64,000 bases of DNA from assembly GCA_044345405.1 (NCBI GenBank), contig JBIJBE010000019.1, positions 1 to 64,000 of the forward strand, read 5' to 3'. Made by a program: the position numbers and the translations under genes. This stretch comes from Bdellovibrionota bacterium. Its GTDB lineage: Bacteria > Bdellovibrionota_C > UBA2361 > OMII01. Below the pieces are notes generated by a model. That model was given only the letters and a program-made list of their open reading frames with translations. It searched no databases and was not told the DNA's origin. Below, piece after piece: positions 19,534-29,517 of the stretch; position 1 is the stretch's first letter, and every line of letters begins with the position of its first letter.

Positions 19534-22500
19534 CTATTCCACCGTCCACACCCGTCCCTCGTTGGTAAGGAACATCTTCCGCATCTCCTCAAGGGTGAAG
19601 GGGCGTGACCCGATACGCCCCATGACACTGACCTGATTGCCGGTTTCGTCGGCCGCACGGTCACGATCAAGCGGCTTAGAGATGGCGAGCGCCGGACCTA
19701 CCGTTCGCTTCTTGGCGATGATCATCGGATTAACGGGAGGAGAAAAGCCGTAGAAACCTGGAACCCGCTCAGGGTCGGTCATCTGGAGCACCACGAGCCC
19801 GTTCACACCATCAGCGGCGTACCCGATTAAGCTCGCGTTCGTTGTGGCCACCTTAACGTCATAGGTATCGTTCAAGGTCCCTTTGCCGGAGAACTTTTGA
19901 TAGAGGCTCGGCTTCTCAGGGCGCTCCACGTCGATGATCACAATCCCCTCTTTTCCACCCCCGATGTAGGCGTACGTTCGAGCGACATAGACACTTCGGG
20001 CATCACTCAACGCGATCGATGCCTCGGGTACACGTCGAGGTTTTTCAGGGAAGGTCATGTCGATAACGTGAAATCCATCAGCGTCGGTCATGAAGGCGTA
20101 GCGGAACTGAACGGCCACACCCGTTGGTTTACGCGCCGACCATGTCGCTTCCACTCGGGGCGACAAAGGATCTTCAAGGCTAAGTACAACTACCTTGTCC
20201 TCGGTTCCAATAAACGCCCGAGCCCCCGCGAGGGCGATGTTCCGCGCGCCGCTGAGCACACCGTCCTCATTCCAGGTAAGCGCGCGCTCCAGGAAGTTAT
20301 TGCGTGGCTCACCATCTTGCAACGTATCCACGTTCACCACGATGAGCCCCTCCTCGCTATCGGTGATAAAGGCGTAGTGGTAGATCGGATGCATCGGGGT
20401 CTCTAGGTTTTCGGGTAGCTGCGTCTTGAAGGGAGCTACCGGCATCGTGGTGGGGAGCGCTAAACCTGTCGCGTTCTTGGAGGGAACATGAATGTTTTGC
20501 CCAAGAGGTGAAACGGAACTCGTCACAATACGCTCGGAAAACCCTTTATTGGCGATGTTCGCGATATCGTACACACGGAAGCCATCAGAACCCGCCGCGG
20601 TGTAGAGATACTCGCCCCGCATCTGAATCGCGTTGGTTCTCTCCCCAACACCGTGATGAGCGTGGCTCTCCTCAAGCTCGAGCCCTCGCTCCTGATGCGC
20701 TTTGTAGTAATCGGGGTAGGCGTACCGATGGAGATAGCTTCCGATAACGGCCTGCGGCTCATCCCATTCGGTGACCTGCACAGCTTCGACCCCACCATCA
20801 GCGGACGCGACCCAGGTGTAGTATCCCATGAAGTTCACGAAATTCGTTCCGAGCGTCATGAGCTGCGCGAGTATCGCGTTGTTGTCGTTCTCTTTCGAGA
20901 GGTGGCAATCCTTACACTCCTTCGTTTCCCTTGCGCGCACGGTATGGGGAAAGTGTGGAGCGAACGCCTGAGAACTATACCCAGCCGAGGATGTCGGTGG
21001 TTGCTGAATATAAATCTTCTGCCGATTGATGTCGGTTGAACTCAGCATGAGCGCGCTTGAGGAACGAACAGGAACGATCTTACCGTTCTTTGCCGGTCCG
21101 TGACGCCCCAGTTGATACATCTCATCCCGCGCGACCTGCGGATTATAGCTCGCCCAGTTACGGGTGATCTTACCTTCGTAGTGATTAGTTTCCTTCTTCC
21201 AGTTTGCCTGAATCGGAAGGTGGCATCCACCACACGCGGTCGTCCACGAGCTGTGACATGCGTAGCACGACATATCTGAGTTCGGATGCGCGAGGTTCTC
21301 CTCGAACTCGGGGTTGGAGGCCTCCTGGGCGGTAGCTAGCGTGTAGGAGTCAGCGCCATCAGCTATCTTTTTGACAAGCTTCGCCTTGGCCGACTTCGCG
21401 TTGTAGTCGCGGTTACCGGGATTCACGGAGTCCTTAACCTGCTTCACTCGCCACTCGAGCCCCTCTGTCACAAGGGAACGTTGATAGAGCCCATCGTCCT
21501 TCCAAACGAACTGACGCTCGCCCCAAGGAGTACGCTTCGTTGTAAGATCCCGTCCCCCATCAGCGGCAGCCGGTCCCGAGGTCTTGAGCGCAGCCCGCTG
21601 AGTCACGTTTCCATGGCAATCGTCGCAAGAGATCTCCACCGCCTGCGCCACCTCGCCGTAGATATTTCCATCACCGTGGGTGTCCTGCGAAAAATGGCAA
21701 TCCACGCACTGCATCCCGAAGTCAACGTGGATATCCTGGAGATGCACCGCCTTCTTGAACTTCTGCGGATCATCGAAGGAGACGATCTTGCCATCCTTGT
21801 CCAAAAGATGCCCTTTGCGATCCCGTTTATAGACGGCGCGGAAGTTCCATCCGTGCCCATGGTAATCAGCGAATTGCGTGGTATTCAGCTTCGGATTGAG
21901 CTCGCTGACCCGCTTGAGGAAGTCGATATCGGTCCACTTACCCCGCATCGCGGCCTCCTCCGGATTGTGCTCCATCGACTTGTAGCTCTCCTCCATCGTG
22001 GGATACTTCTGTTTCTCGGGCCACATAAACGGGGCGTCGCTCTCGTAATCCCACATCGTGTACCCAATATAGGTGTTCACGAACATATTAGGCTGGTGCA
22101 TGTGACACACCATGCACTGGCTCGTTGGGATCGCTCGGGTAAAGAGATGTTTGAGCGGATGCCCCTCCTCATTCTTTGGTATGGTCGGATCAATCGTCTG
22201 AGTTTTGCCCTCATGACCGAACTTCGCGTAGGGACCTGAGTGACGAGGATCCCGGTCGTTCGCGTAGATAGTGTGACACGCCGTACACCCACTACTTCGG
22301 TAATCCCCTGGGTGATCGTTCGTTCCAAGAAAGCTTAGGTGCGGGTCGTTCAAGCGGGTCTTATGAATATTGATAACGGGAACCGCGATACGAGCGCCCG
22401 TGCCCGGTCCACGATTCGACGCCCTAACATCCGGCTTGCCCGGTTCTTCAAGGGGATTCGGCACGCCTATCTCCGCGAACTGGCTCTTCACAAACATGCC

Positions 22501-23256
22501 TCCCCGCTCGAACACGCGGAAAATATCGGCCGGAGGGAGAACCTCCCAGGTCGGAAGTGGCAAGAGCTTCTCAAGGGCGCCCCGCGCTCGCATCTCTTTC
22601 GTGAGTGGGCGTCCATCGTGGACGATACTCGCGGGTTGCCCGTTCTGGGTATAACTCTCCCCAAGGAGATAGTTCTTATACGGAAGGATACCGTTGTTGT
22701 AGGCGGCACCACCCCACAACATCGCCGAGGTGGTCATCAAGCTCTTCTTCACCGCGGTCGTTATCTCTGAGTGACACCCACCACACGCCGCGGGAGCGGC
22801 GCGCAGGTCTCCAGGATTAACGAAACGCGCGAATTCGACAGATTCCTTGAGAAGGTTTGTGTAGGAATGCTTCGGATTGGCTGAGGTGGGCCAGTTCTCA
22901 GGATGTTGAGGAAGGATGTGCGCCGCCTTCTTTCGCTCCGTGTAGAGCGGAGAGCTCTTTGCTACTCCCTGAGCGCGAACGGTAGGGTCTCCCCCGTGAC
23001 ACTCAGCGCACCCGATATGAACCGCGGGATTCTGATGCATGGTCGGCGCGTCGGTTTTGGTGTGACAATCCGTACATCCAAGGCTTGTTGCCTCCATCTG
23101 TTGAGGCGAGCCCCCTGGCCGAATGATATTTTTGTACTCCGCGTCATCAGCAAATCCGTTCCCCATGGTGCCTACAAGGAGCGCGACCAGCGAGAGGAGG
23201 AAACGGAGCGAACCTAGCCGCGAATCTTTCAGTGATGCTCTTTCCTTGATATCCAT
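19534..23256 (-). CDS. Large decaheme c-type cytochrome with C-terminal LVIVD-repeat propeller
   Basis: Signal peptide; 10 CxxCH (CTDCH, CAECH, CGGCH, CTACH, CMVCH, CVDCH, CDDCH, CYACH, CGGCH, CKDCH); LVIVD-type repeats (YAYIGGGKEGIVIIDVERPEKP etc.). Confidence 0.9.
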   Translation of the reverse strand: MDIKERASLKDSRLGSLRFLLSLVALLVGTMGNGFADDAEYKNIIRPGGSPQQMEATSLGCTDCHTKTDAPTMHQNPAVHIGCAECHGGDPTVRAQGVAKSSPLYTERKKAAHILPQHPENWPTSANPKHSYTNLLKESVEFARFVNPGDLRAAPAACGGCHSEITTAVKKSLMTTSAMLWGGAAYNNGILPYKNYLLGESYTQNGQPASIVHDGRPLTKEMRARGALEKLLPLPTWEVLPPADIFRVFERGGMFVKSQFAEIGVPNPLEEPGKPDVRASNRGPGTGARIAVPVINIHKTRLNDPHLSFLGTNDHPGDYRSSGCTACHTIYANDRDPRHSGPYAKFGHEGKTQTIDPTIPKNEEGHPLKHLFTRAIPTSQCMVCHMHQPNMFVNTYIGYTMWDYESDAPFMWPEKQKYPTMEESYKSMEHNPEEAAMRGKWTDIDFLKRVSELNPKLNTTQFADYHGHGWNFRAVYKRDRKGHLLDKDGKIVSFDDPQKFKKAVHLQDIHVDFGMQCVDCHFSQDTHGDGNIYGEVAQAVEISCDDCHGNVTQRAALKTSGPAAADGGRDLTTKRTPWGERQFVWKDDGLYQRSLVTEGLEWRVKQVKDSVNPGNRDYNAKSAKAKLVKKIADGADSYTLATAQEASNPEFEENLAHPNSDMSCYACHSSWTTACGGCHLPIQANWKKETNHYEGKITRNWASYNPQVARDEMYQLGRHGPAKNGKIVPVRSSSALMLSSTDINRQKIYIQQPPTSSAGYSSQAFAPHFPHTVRARETKECKDCHLSKENDNNAILAQLMTLGTNFVNFMGYYTWVASADGGVEAVQVTEWDEPQAVIGSYLHRYAYPDYYKAHQERGLELEESHAHHGVGERTNAIQMRGEYLYTAAGSDGFRVYDIANIANKGFSERIVTSSVSPLGQNIHVPSKNATGLALPTTMPVAPFKTQLPENLETPMHPIYHYAFITDSEEGLIVVNVDTLQDGEPRNNFLERALTWNEDGVLSGARNIALAGARAFIGTEDKVVVLSLEDPLSPRVEATWSARKPTGVAVQFRYAFMTDADGFHVIDMTFPEKPRRVPEASIALSDARSVYVARTYAYIGGGKEGIVIIDVERPEKPSLYQKFSGKGTLNDTYDVKVATTNASLIGYAADGVNGLVVLQMTDPERVPGFYGFSPPVNPMIIAKKRTVGPALAISKPLDRDRAADETGNQVSVMGRIGSRPFTLEEMRKMFLTNEGRVWTVE

Positions 23257-23264
23257 AATTCGAC

Positions 23265-25109
23265 TCAGTACTGAAGAATCAAGTTAGTGAAGGCGTGATA
23301 GTTGGTCTGATTGCCGAAAAGGTTCTCCTGCCCGGCTTCAGGAAGGAGAACCGCCGATCCAACACGAACCAAAACGTTTTGGTTCAAGAATGGTCGATAG
23401 AGGAATCCAGCGGAGAGATCCCACCCGATATTTCTACTGATAGAACCATCCATACGAACCGCCTCGAGGCTCGCCGTCTGATCGAACTGCAGGAAGCTGG
23501 CGTTCGTCACCAGCTTAAGCTCCGGCAAAAGCTCAAAATCCACACCCAAGTTGTAGAGACGGAGGCCGGGATTCACGAAGTTCGATTGCCCCATCTCCTT
23601 CGTGGCGCGAAAGTTCGGAAGAAGGCTGTTACGATTGGTCAAGTTCGTACCGCCGGTTCCAACAAACGGTATCCCCTCACGTTGCCAATACGAAAGATCC
23701 CCCCCAGCGAAGTTAGGCGAGTCGAATATCGCGTCAAAACCGGTGCCCTGGTTGTCCCGAGGATCCTTATCTCCTGAGGCCCACATACCGGACACCCTGA
23801 GCCGGATCCAATCGATGTCGTACGAGAACTCCTGCGCGACCATTCCGGCGTTGATGTCGACCTGTCGCTGCGCTATCTCGTTGTGGCTCTGAGAGCCGAG
23901 CGCATAGTACATCTGCGTGGTGGTATTGATCCTATCGATGTGACCATCCCCACCAACGCCCAAATAGGTGGAGTAGATATTTCCGGGACGCTCATCCCCG
24001 ATCGGAGCCGGTCGCGTGAGGAACCCGTTTTGGTCATACACATATCCTTGATTGCCTGAGGTATCTCCTCGATAGACAACGCTCATGCTCGTCGTGTGCC
24101 CAGGGGCCAGAAGATCCTGCCTATAGGTGTTCGCGACCACGACCGCCTCATGCCGGTTGTCGAAGGTCGAGTTAATTCCCGAGTTCACGTTCTTGTCGAG
24201 CCGATTAAACCACGCCACGTTGAACTGCGTCTTGTTATTGTCGTAGTCACCGAAGAAGCGAACTCCGGGTTGGTTATCGTTGTAGAGAAAGCCTCTAAAA
24301 TCCGCGTTGAATTGTTGAATACCACCACGCATCGAAACGAAGTCGTACCGCTCAGAGAGGTTGGCGAGGTGAACATCGGCGAAGAGTTCCTGGAACCCCA
24401 CGTCGTTGGTGGAGCGGGTATCGCCCCGCGCTGGGTCCGCGAAGAGGATTCCATCCTCCTCTGCTTTGACATAGTTAAAATTAAATATCGGTGCGATACG
24501 CAGCTCAAAATCGGGGGGCTTAAATGAGGTATTCCCCTTAATGAGACCGAAAGACACGATCACATTTTCGCCGAAGATCGTCTGATTCCCATCACCGAAG
24601 GTATCGTTGCTATTCGGGCGCCTCGTTGACGCGAATCCAACGGGAACTGGAACTCGCCGAGCCTCAAAGAAGGTATCGGAGATTACCGAAACTTCGGTAA
24701 ACCAAGGTTCAGCGGGCGAGCCAAAGACAGGGATATCCCCCTTCAACACGTTCTGGTTATAGGGGTCATACCACTTGCCGGCGTAAAACATCCGCCACCG
24801 ATCAGGAACCGGCACGAATCCGGAGGCCGAACTCTCGATAGGCTGCACCGACTCGTAGATCGTTTCAGGGAAGTAATCCGTTTCTCGGCCGGGAAAGGAG
24901 CGCTGAATAAGCTCCTGGGGAACCTTGTGCGATTCAGGGGTGGATACTACCGCAGCCGGTTGAGCTTCACCGTCTTCAGCGCGCGCGGCTACTGAGAACA
25001 CCACAACGAAAATGAGCGCAACGAGGAGAGCGCGAACAGGGCCGAAGGCGGAAGCAAGCTCCCAACAAGCTACCGCGCTCTCCTCCCGCTCTCCTTGGCA
25101 TCCTCGCAT
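23265..25109 (-). CDS. Putative outer-membrane beta-barrel (porin-like) protein
   Basis: Signal-like hydrophobic segment (ARA-E), amphipathic aromatic beta strands, C-terminal aromatic residue (LILQY). Start uncertain (25109 or 25139). Confidence 0.7.
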   Translation of the reverse strand: MRGCQGEREESAVACWELASAFGPVRALLVALIFVVVFSVAARAEDGEAQPAAVVSTPESHKVPQELIQRSFPGRETDYFPETIYESVQPIESSASGFVPVPDRWRMFYAGKWYDPYNQNVLKGDIPVFGSPAEPWFTEVSVISDTFFEARRVPVPVGFASTRRPNSNDTFGDGNQTIFGENVIVSFGLIKGNTSFKPPDFELRIAPIFNFNYVKAEEDGILFADPARGDTRSTNDVGFQELFADVHLANLSERYDFVSMRGGIQQFNADFRGFLYNDNQPGVRFFGDYDNNKTQFNVAWFNRLDKNVNSGINSTFDNRHEAVVVANTYRQDLLAPGHTTSMSVVYRGDTSGNQGYVYDQNGFLTRPAPIGDERPGNIYSTYLGVGGDGHIDRINTTTQMYYALGSQSHNEIAQRQVDINAGMVAQEFSYDIDWIRLRVSGMWASGDKDPRDNQGTGFDAIFDSPNFAGGDLSYWQREGIPFVGTGGTNLTNRNSLLPNFRATKEMGQSNFVNPGLRLYNLGVDFELLPELKLVTNASFLQFDQTASLEAVRMDGSISRNIGWDLSAGFLYRPFLNQNVLVRVGSAVLLPEAGQENLFGNQTNYHAFTNLILQY

Positions 25110-25119
25110 CTCTACCCGC

Positions 25120-27009
25120 CTAGAAGTCCTGACACACATTTTGGTCGTTGTCGCGGATGAACGGCGCCTCCGGACAATTTACGTACCGCAATCGAATCTG
25201 CTCGGGCGTCAGGTTGATATGATCAGCCCGCATCGCCTGAGGGGCGTTGAATCCGAGCTCAGGATCCCCAACCGTGGACTGACCAGCGTAGTTCAAGCCC
25301 GCGCGACTCGATGAGTAGAACGCGACGAGATCATCCTGGTCAATGCCGTCCCCACTAATGCCGATCGCGCCGATGAGGGTGCCCGATCTGTAGAGAGGAA
25401 CCGCGCCGGGGAATATCTGAATACCGTTTCGAGCGCGTCCCCCAAGTCCTGAGCCGGAGGCGCACCCCGATGGTGGGCTTGCTGGATGAGCTATAGAGGC
25501 GATCATCGCGGTCTTCACTATGTCGAGCTGCAAGCCGGTATTGAATGGACTCCACGTGTTTCCAACACCAGGGAATGGAAGTGAGAGCGGCCCAGGCCCC
25601 GTGCCATCGATACCATCCGGCATAAACGGTCGAGCCATATTGCCGATCGACCGCGCGGTGTACGCGTACGAGCCGTTGAGCGGAACGCCGGTAAAGGCGG
25701 TGGTCTCGGCGACGTAGTTACGACTAAACCCCTGCCCGCTCGACAGCACCCCAGCCGCGTCCGTTGAGCTAAAGAGCGCCGCGCCACGCGCTTTTTGAAG
25801 CGATACATCGATACCAAACACCGGCGCGTCTTGCGAACGAACAAAACCAAGAGGGTTACCGAGATCATCAACGACAAAGATCGACACACGCGCGTTTGTA
25901 TCAAGAGGATATCGAATCGCCGCGCGGGTCCGCGACGCGGTGATGATAGCTGAGGTGAGGAGCGCGTCCACCTCTCCAGCTTGAAGTTGCGCTCCGTTGG
26001 CGAGGGGGCGCCCCGCCTTGGTGCCGAACCGCCCCGTAAGGACGGCCGCGGGAACTCCGGCGCGCGAGGTCACGACGATCCCGGACTCCGGGGAGCCGAA
26101 GGTAACACCTGCTCGGATGGTAGCCCCGCAATATCCTGTAACAGCCTTGAGCCCTCCGTTTTCCAATGCATCGAGGGTGTCTGGTGGCGTTATGGCACCG
26201 TAGGAGGTATCCGAGAATCGGAGAGAACGTCCAGCGACTGAGATGTTATCAGCGGTACGCTCCGATGGAGCCTCGAACCCGAGAGAGGCGGCGAGCGCGA
26301 CCTGCTCCTCAGGATCCTCATCCGTGTCCGAGACGACTCTATCTACCGTATACAGCCCATCGAACTCGACCCCAATACCACCGACGATATCGCCGTTCTT
26401 GTAAAGGGGAATGCCACCCGGGTCACCGGAGAGACCGAGAGGAAGTGGTCGGGGACCGGCGGAGCCCGAACCCTTCACGGTCACATCACTACAGGCAAGT
26501 TGCGAAAACTGAACACCAAACAGAGGCCCTCCAGGAGCGTTGTTTTGCCCAGGAACGAAGTGTTCCTGAATGATCTGACTCGCCGTCCTTGTGGTGAAGG
26601 CGTTCCCTTGGCTACTCAGATACGAGCCGGTCCCCGCTTTTGATATCGCGGCGAGTGTTGAAGGTACCACAGCGCCCTCAAGCCCTCCGGCCGCACCGAG
26701 TTGACCGTTGATTGTCGTCGTGGCCGGCGCTCCCGCCATCTGATAGACGGCGAGGACGTTACCAACTCTATCGAGAACCGCGAAGGTTCCCGCCGTCCCC
26801 AATTGCCGCGTAGCGGTTACCGCTTGTTGTAGGATCACGGTAACATCAGCTGGCGTGAGGGCCTGATAGGCACATCCTCCGTCGCAACCGAAGTTCGCTC
26901 CTCCACCACTCTGTCCGCCACCTCCACCGCCGCCGCCCCCTCCTCCACATCCAACGGTGGTAAGGATAAGCGTGGCAACAAGGAAGTGGGCAATCGGGAA
27001 ACGTACCAT
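25120..27009 (-). CDS. Lipoprotein with two GlcG/HbpS-like heme-binding domains
   Basis: Lipobox TVGC plus an 11-Gly linker; two domains: AVLDRVGN...SKAGT...GGIPLYKNGDIVGGIGV and VVDDLGN...QKARGA...GAVPLYRSGTLIGAIGISG. Confidence 0.82.
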   Translation of the reverse strand: MVRFPIAHFLVATLILTTVGCGGGGGGGGGGGQSGGGANFGCDGGCAYQALTPADVTVILQQAVTATRQLGTAGTFAVLDRVGNVLAVYQMAGAPATTTINGQLGAAGGLEGAVVPSTLAAISKAGTGSYLSSQGNAFTTRTASQIIQEHFVPGQNNAPGGPLFGVQFSQLACSDVTVKGSGSAGPRPLPLGLSGDPGGIPLYKNGDIVGGIGVEFDGLYTVDRVVSDTDEDPEEQVALAASLGFEAPSERTADNISVAGRSLRFSDTSYGAITPPDTLDALENGGLKAVTGYCGATIRAGVTFGSPESGIVVTSRAGVPAAVLTGRFGTKAGRPLANGAQLQAGEVDALLTSAIITASRTRAAIRYPLDTNARVSIFVVDDLGNPLGFVRSQDAPVFGIDVSLQKARGAALFSSTDAAGVLSSGQGFSRNYVAETTAFTGVPLNGSYAYTARSIGNMARPFMPDGIDGTGPGPLSLPFPGVGNTWSPFNTGLQLDIVKTAMIASIAHPASPPSGCASGSGLGGRARNGIQIFPGAVPLYRSGTLIGAIGISGDGIDQDDLVAFYSSSRAGLNYAGQSTVGDPELGFNAPQAMRADHINLTPEQIRLRYVNCPEAPFIRDNDQNVCQDF

Positions 27010-27023
27010 CGAAAAATGTCCTT

Positions 27024-28691
27024 CTATCTCGTCAACGTGTGGAGGAAATCGGTGAGGCTTTGTTTTTTCTCTCGGGGAACTTCAAGGGCGGCGTGATAGG
27101 CGTGACACTGAGTGCAATCAGACTCAACGAAACCTGCCTTCGCGCCCTCCATATGACACTCCCGACACACCGCGATCGAAGGCAACAAAAGATCCTTCGT
27201 TTCCGTGGATGTTCGAGTCTTCTCGTGACACGACTCGCACGAGAGCTCCTCGTGCGCCCCGTGATCAAACCGCGCCTTCGTCATCCACACCGCAGGGATG
27301 TTCGGAGCGGTGATGGTGTAGCGAGTCTCATCGACCCGTTGATCGGAAAGGGGCTTCTCCCGATAGGTGTGACAGAGGAAGCATCCTGTTCGAGTAAAAA
27401 CCTCCTCCTCAGCGCGGCGAGCGCTCGATTGGACAAGCATCGCGTCCGGGCTCAGTGGTCGAGACTCGGCCACAGTGTCCCCTCCGCCAGGCAAGATCCG
27501 AGCGCCATCGATAGGCGCTGCGGTCTCCCTCCCTCCATCAAGCAAGAGGAGCTTCGCGTACTCAGCGAAGAGCGTTGGATAGACGTCCGAATCATCTCCG
27601 TGGGGCAACTGTTTATCCGGCAACCGTTCATCGAATCCGAGGCTATGACACGATCGACAGTTTCGATCGAACGATACAGGCAACATCTCTCGTTTATCCG
27701 TGGAGAGCTCATGGCAGGCGTTACACTGAAGGGTCGTAGGTCCTTGCGGGCCCCGAAGCCCCTCTCTCAGATGCACGGCATGGTTCAACTTGATGGCCGT
27801 AGAATCAATCGCTCCTTTTGGATCATCCACGGGCACTCGCTGGGTCCCACCCGCGTTATCAAAAACCGATATTCTAAATTGAGGATGCGTCGCGAGATTC
27901 GCGACATCGAGCGCCCGCCCCTTGTGCCTACTCATCGTCGCGTGACAAGAGACACACTGGCGAGAGTCTCGGAGGATTAAGCCGTGATCTCCATTATGCT
28001 CCATGTGACACTGGGCGCACCGAAGCTCTAGTCCCTTGTGCTTCGAAAGAAAGTCCTTCTCGCCCTCAGCGTGTTGAGACATGACGTGACAATTCAAACA
28101 CTCTCGATCCTCAACCCGCTCAAACGGCGTAAGGTGACACCGCTGACAATCGTTTTCAATCATACGGTGCGCGTTCGAGACAGGACCACTACTCCACTCA
28201 CGGTACCGTCCACTCACAAGGGGATAGGCGAAACATCCAGCGAGCACCAAGAGAGCGGCGACGAAGGAGAGGAGCCGAATTGAGGGAAGGTACGACTCCA
28301 GTTGAAGCTTCCGCGCTCGCCGAGCGACGACCTCAGTATCCGATACACACTCCTGACTGACGGACCGAAGGGTAAGGGTGACCTGGTCGCCCGATATGCC
28401 AACCAGAAGAGAGAGCTCCCCGAGCTGAATAACATCACCAGAGGTAAGCGTGTGTCGAGCCACCCGCGTGTTGTTGACGCGCACGCCCACGAACGAGTCC
28501 ATATCCGCGATAGAAACCCGACCATCTTCCAGATACACCTTCGCGTGAACAAGCGAGAGGGCCGCGTTCGCCAGGACAATATCAGATGCACCACCCCGAC
28601 CGATGAGGACCTCATGTTGATCGAAAGCGTCACTACTCCGCTCAACCGCGCCGTCACCGTTCTCCCTCTCGTGAATGAAGAGTATTCTCAT
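27024..28691 (-). CDS. FHA-domain, membrane-anchored decaheme cytochrome c (c3-like)
   Basis: FHA (IGR..SLVHA), one TM, 10 CxxCH (CQRCH, CLNCH, CAQCH, CVSCH, CNACH, CRSCH, CFLCH, CESCH, CRECH, CTQCH). Confidence 0.9.
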   Translation of the reverse strand: MRILFIHERENGDGAVERSSDAFDQHEVLIGRGGASDIVLANAALSLVHAKVYLEDGRVSIADMDSFVGVRVNNTRVARHTLTSGDVIQLGELSLLVGISGDQVTLTLRSVSQECVSDTEVVARRARKLQLESYLPSIRLLSFVAALLVLAGCFAYPLVSGRYREWSSGPVSNAHRMIENDCQRCHLTPFERVEDRECLNCHVMSQHAEGEKDFLSKHKGLELRCAQCHMEHNGDHGLILRDSRQCVSCHATMSRHKGRALDVANLATHPQFRISVFDNAGGTQRVPVDDPKGAIDSTAIKLNHAVHLREGLRGPQGPTTLQCNACHELSTDKREMLPVSFDRNCRSCHSLGFDERLPDKQLPHGDDSDVYPTLFAEYAKLLLLDGGRETAAPIDGARILPGGGDTVAESRPLSPDAMLVQSSARRAEEEVFTRTGCFLCHTYREKPLSDQRVDETRYTITAPNIPAVWMTKARFDHGAHEELSCESCHEKTRTSTETKDLLLPSIAVCRECHMEGAKAGFVESDCTQCHAYHAALEVPREKKQSLTDFLHTLTR

Positions 28692-28694
28692 GAG

Positions 28695-29513
28695 CTACCA
28701 GAAGAAAAACACCGAGAGTATGTGGATAGCGACCGCGACGCACGTCGCGACTGAACTGGGCACATGAACAAAGAGCCAGAGACGCAAGAGCGCCTTTATT
28801 CGCGCCTCCTCAAGCAACCCGTTCGTCAGGTCGCACTTTTGATCGAGCAAACCAAAGAGGCGGAGCGCCTCATCACGCTCATTCTCTGGAAGGTTTCCAA
28901 GGGCGTCCCCCGCCATCCGTTGATCGATATGAACGAGCTTCGGCGCCCGAATAAGGGTCGCGAGGCTAACCACGAAGGGTGGATTGAGTCGCTCGGCCAA
29001 AACTCGAAACGCATCACTCTTTCCGAGACACATCTGCTTAATTGAAGCGCCTAGCGAACTCAACTGTTCAAGGACCTGCGTCGATTTCACTCCACCTCTG
29101 TGGGACTCGATGCGCGACGCGAGGGTGGTGTAGTTAACTACCCCCCACATTCCGCTTACGATAGTCACGACCATCAGAAAAAACGCGAGAGAGTGCACGT
29201 TCCACCCGAAACTAAATCCGGCGTGAAGGGGCACGAGCGCAAGGAGCCCGGTTCCGATCCACACGTGGGCGGAGAGCCATCCTTGCACGCTGCCCAGGGC
29301 CGAATGATACGCTCTCTTTCGCGCGCCGTAGAGCATGAGCCATATGAGTCCGATGGTCGCGAGTGTACCGAAGGTATATCCGACCGCCGTTCCACCGTTG
29401 CGACCTCCGATCGGGTCATCAACGACGTAGATGCCGCAACACACCGCGACCGCGGCCACGGTGATTACGAGCCATCGATAGTTCCGATATGAGATGAAAC
29501 GTTCCTGCATCAC
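28695..29513 (-). CDS. Integral membrane protein, probable di-heme cytochrome b / ferric-reductase-like
   Basis: About 5 TMs with paired His in two helices (WLSAHVWIG...LVPLHAGF; WLFVHVP...VAIHILSV). Confidence 0.65.
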   Translation of the reverse strand: MMQERFISYRNYRWLVITVAAVAVCCGIYVVDDPIGGRNGGTAVGYTFGTLATIGLIWLMLYGARKRAYHSALGSVQGWLSAHVWIGTGLLALVPLHAGFSFGWNVHSLAFFLMVVTIVSGMWGVVNYTTLASRIESHRGGVKSTQVLEQLSSLGASIKQMCLGKSDAFRVLAERLNPPFVVSLATLIRAPKLVHIDQRMAGDALGNLPENERDEALRLFGLLDQKCDLTNGLLEEARIKALLRLWLFVHVPSSVATCVAVAIHILSVFFFW

Positions 29514-29517
29514 GCCG

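Noticed and set aside
26914-26946. Poly-Gly tract as a phase-variable repeat
   Set aside because: It is encoded by mixed GGA/GGG/GGC/GGT codons in frame, consistent with a protein linker.
27039-27980. 313-aa plus-strand ORF, and similar ones such as 21481-22239, 8606-9187 and 44655-45308
   Set aside because: These are antisense shadows of well-supported genes in GC-rich DNA, with no motifs.
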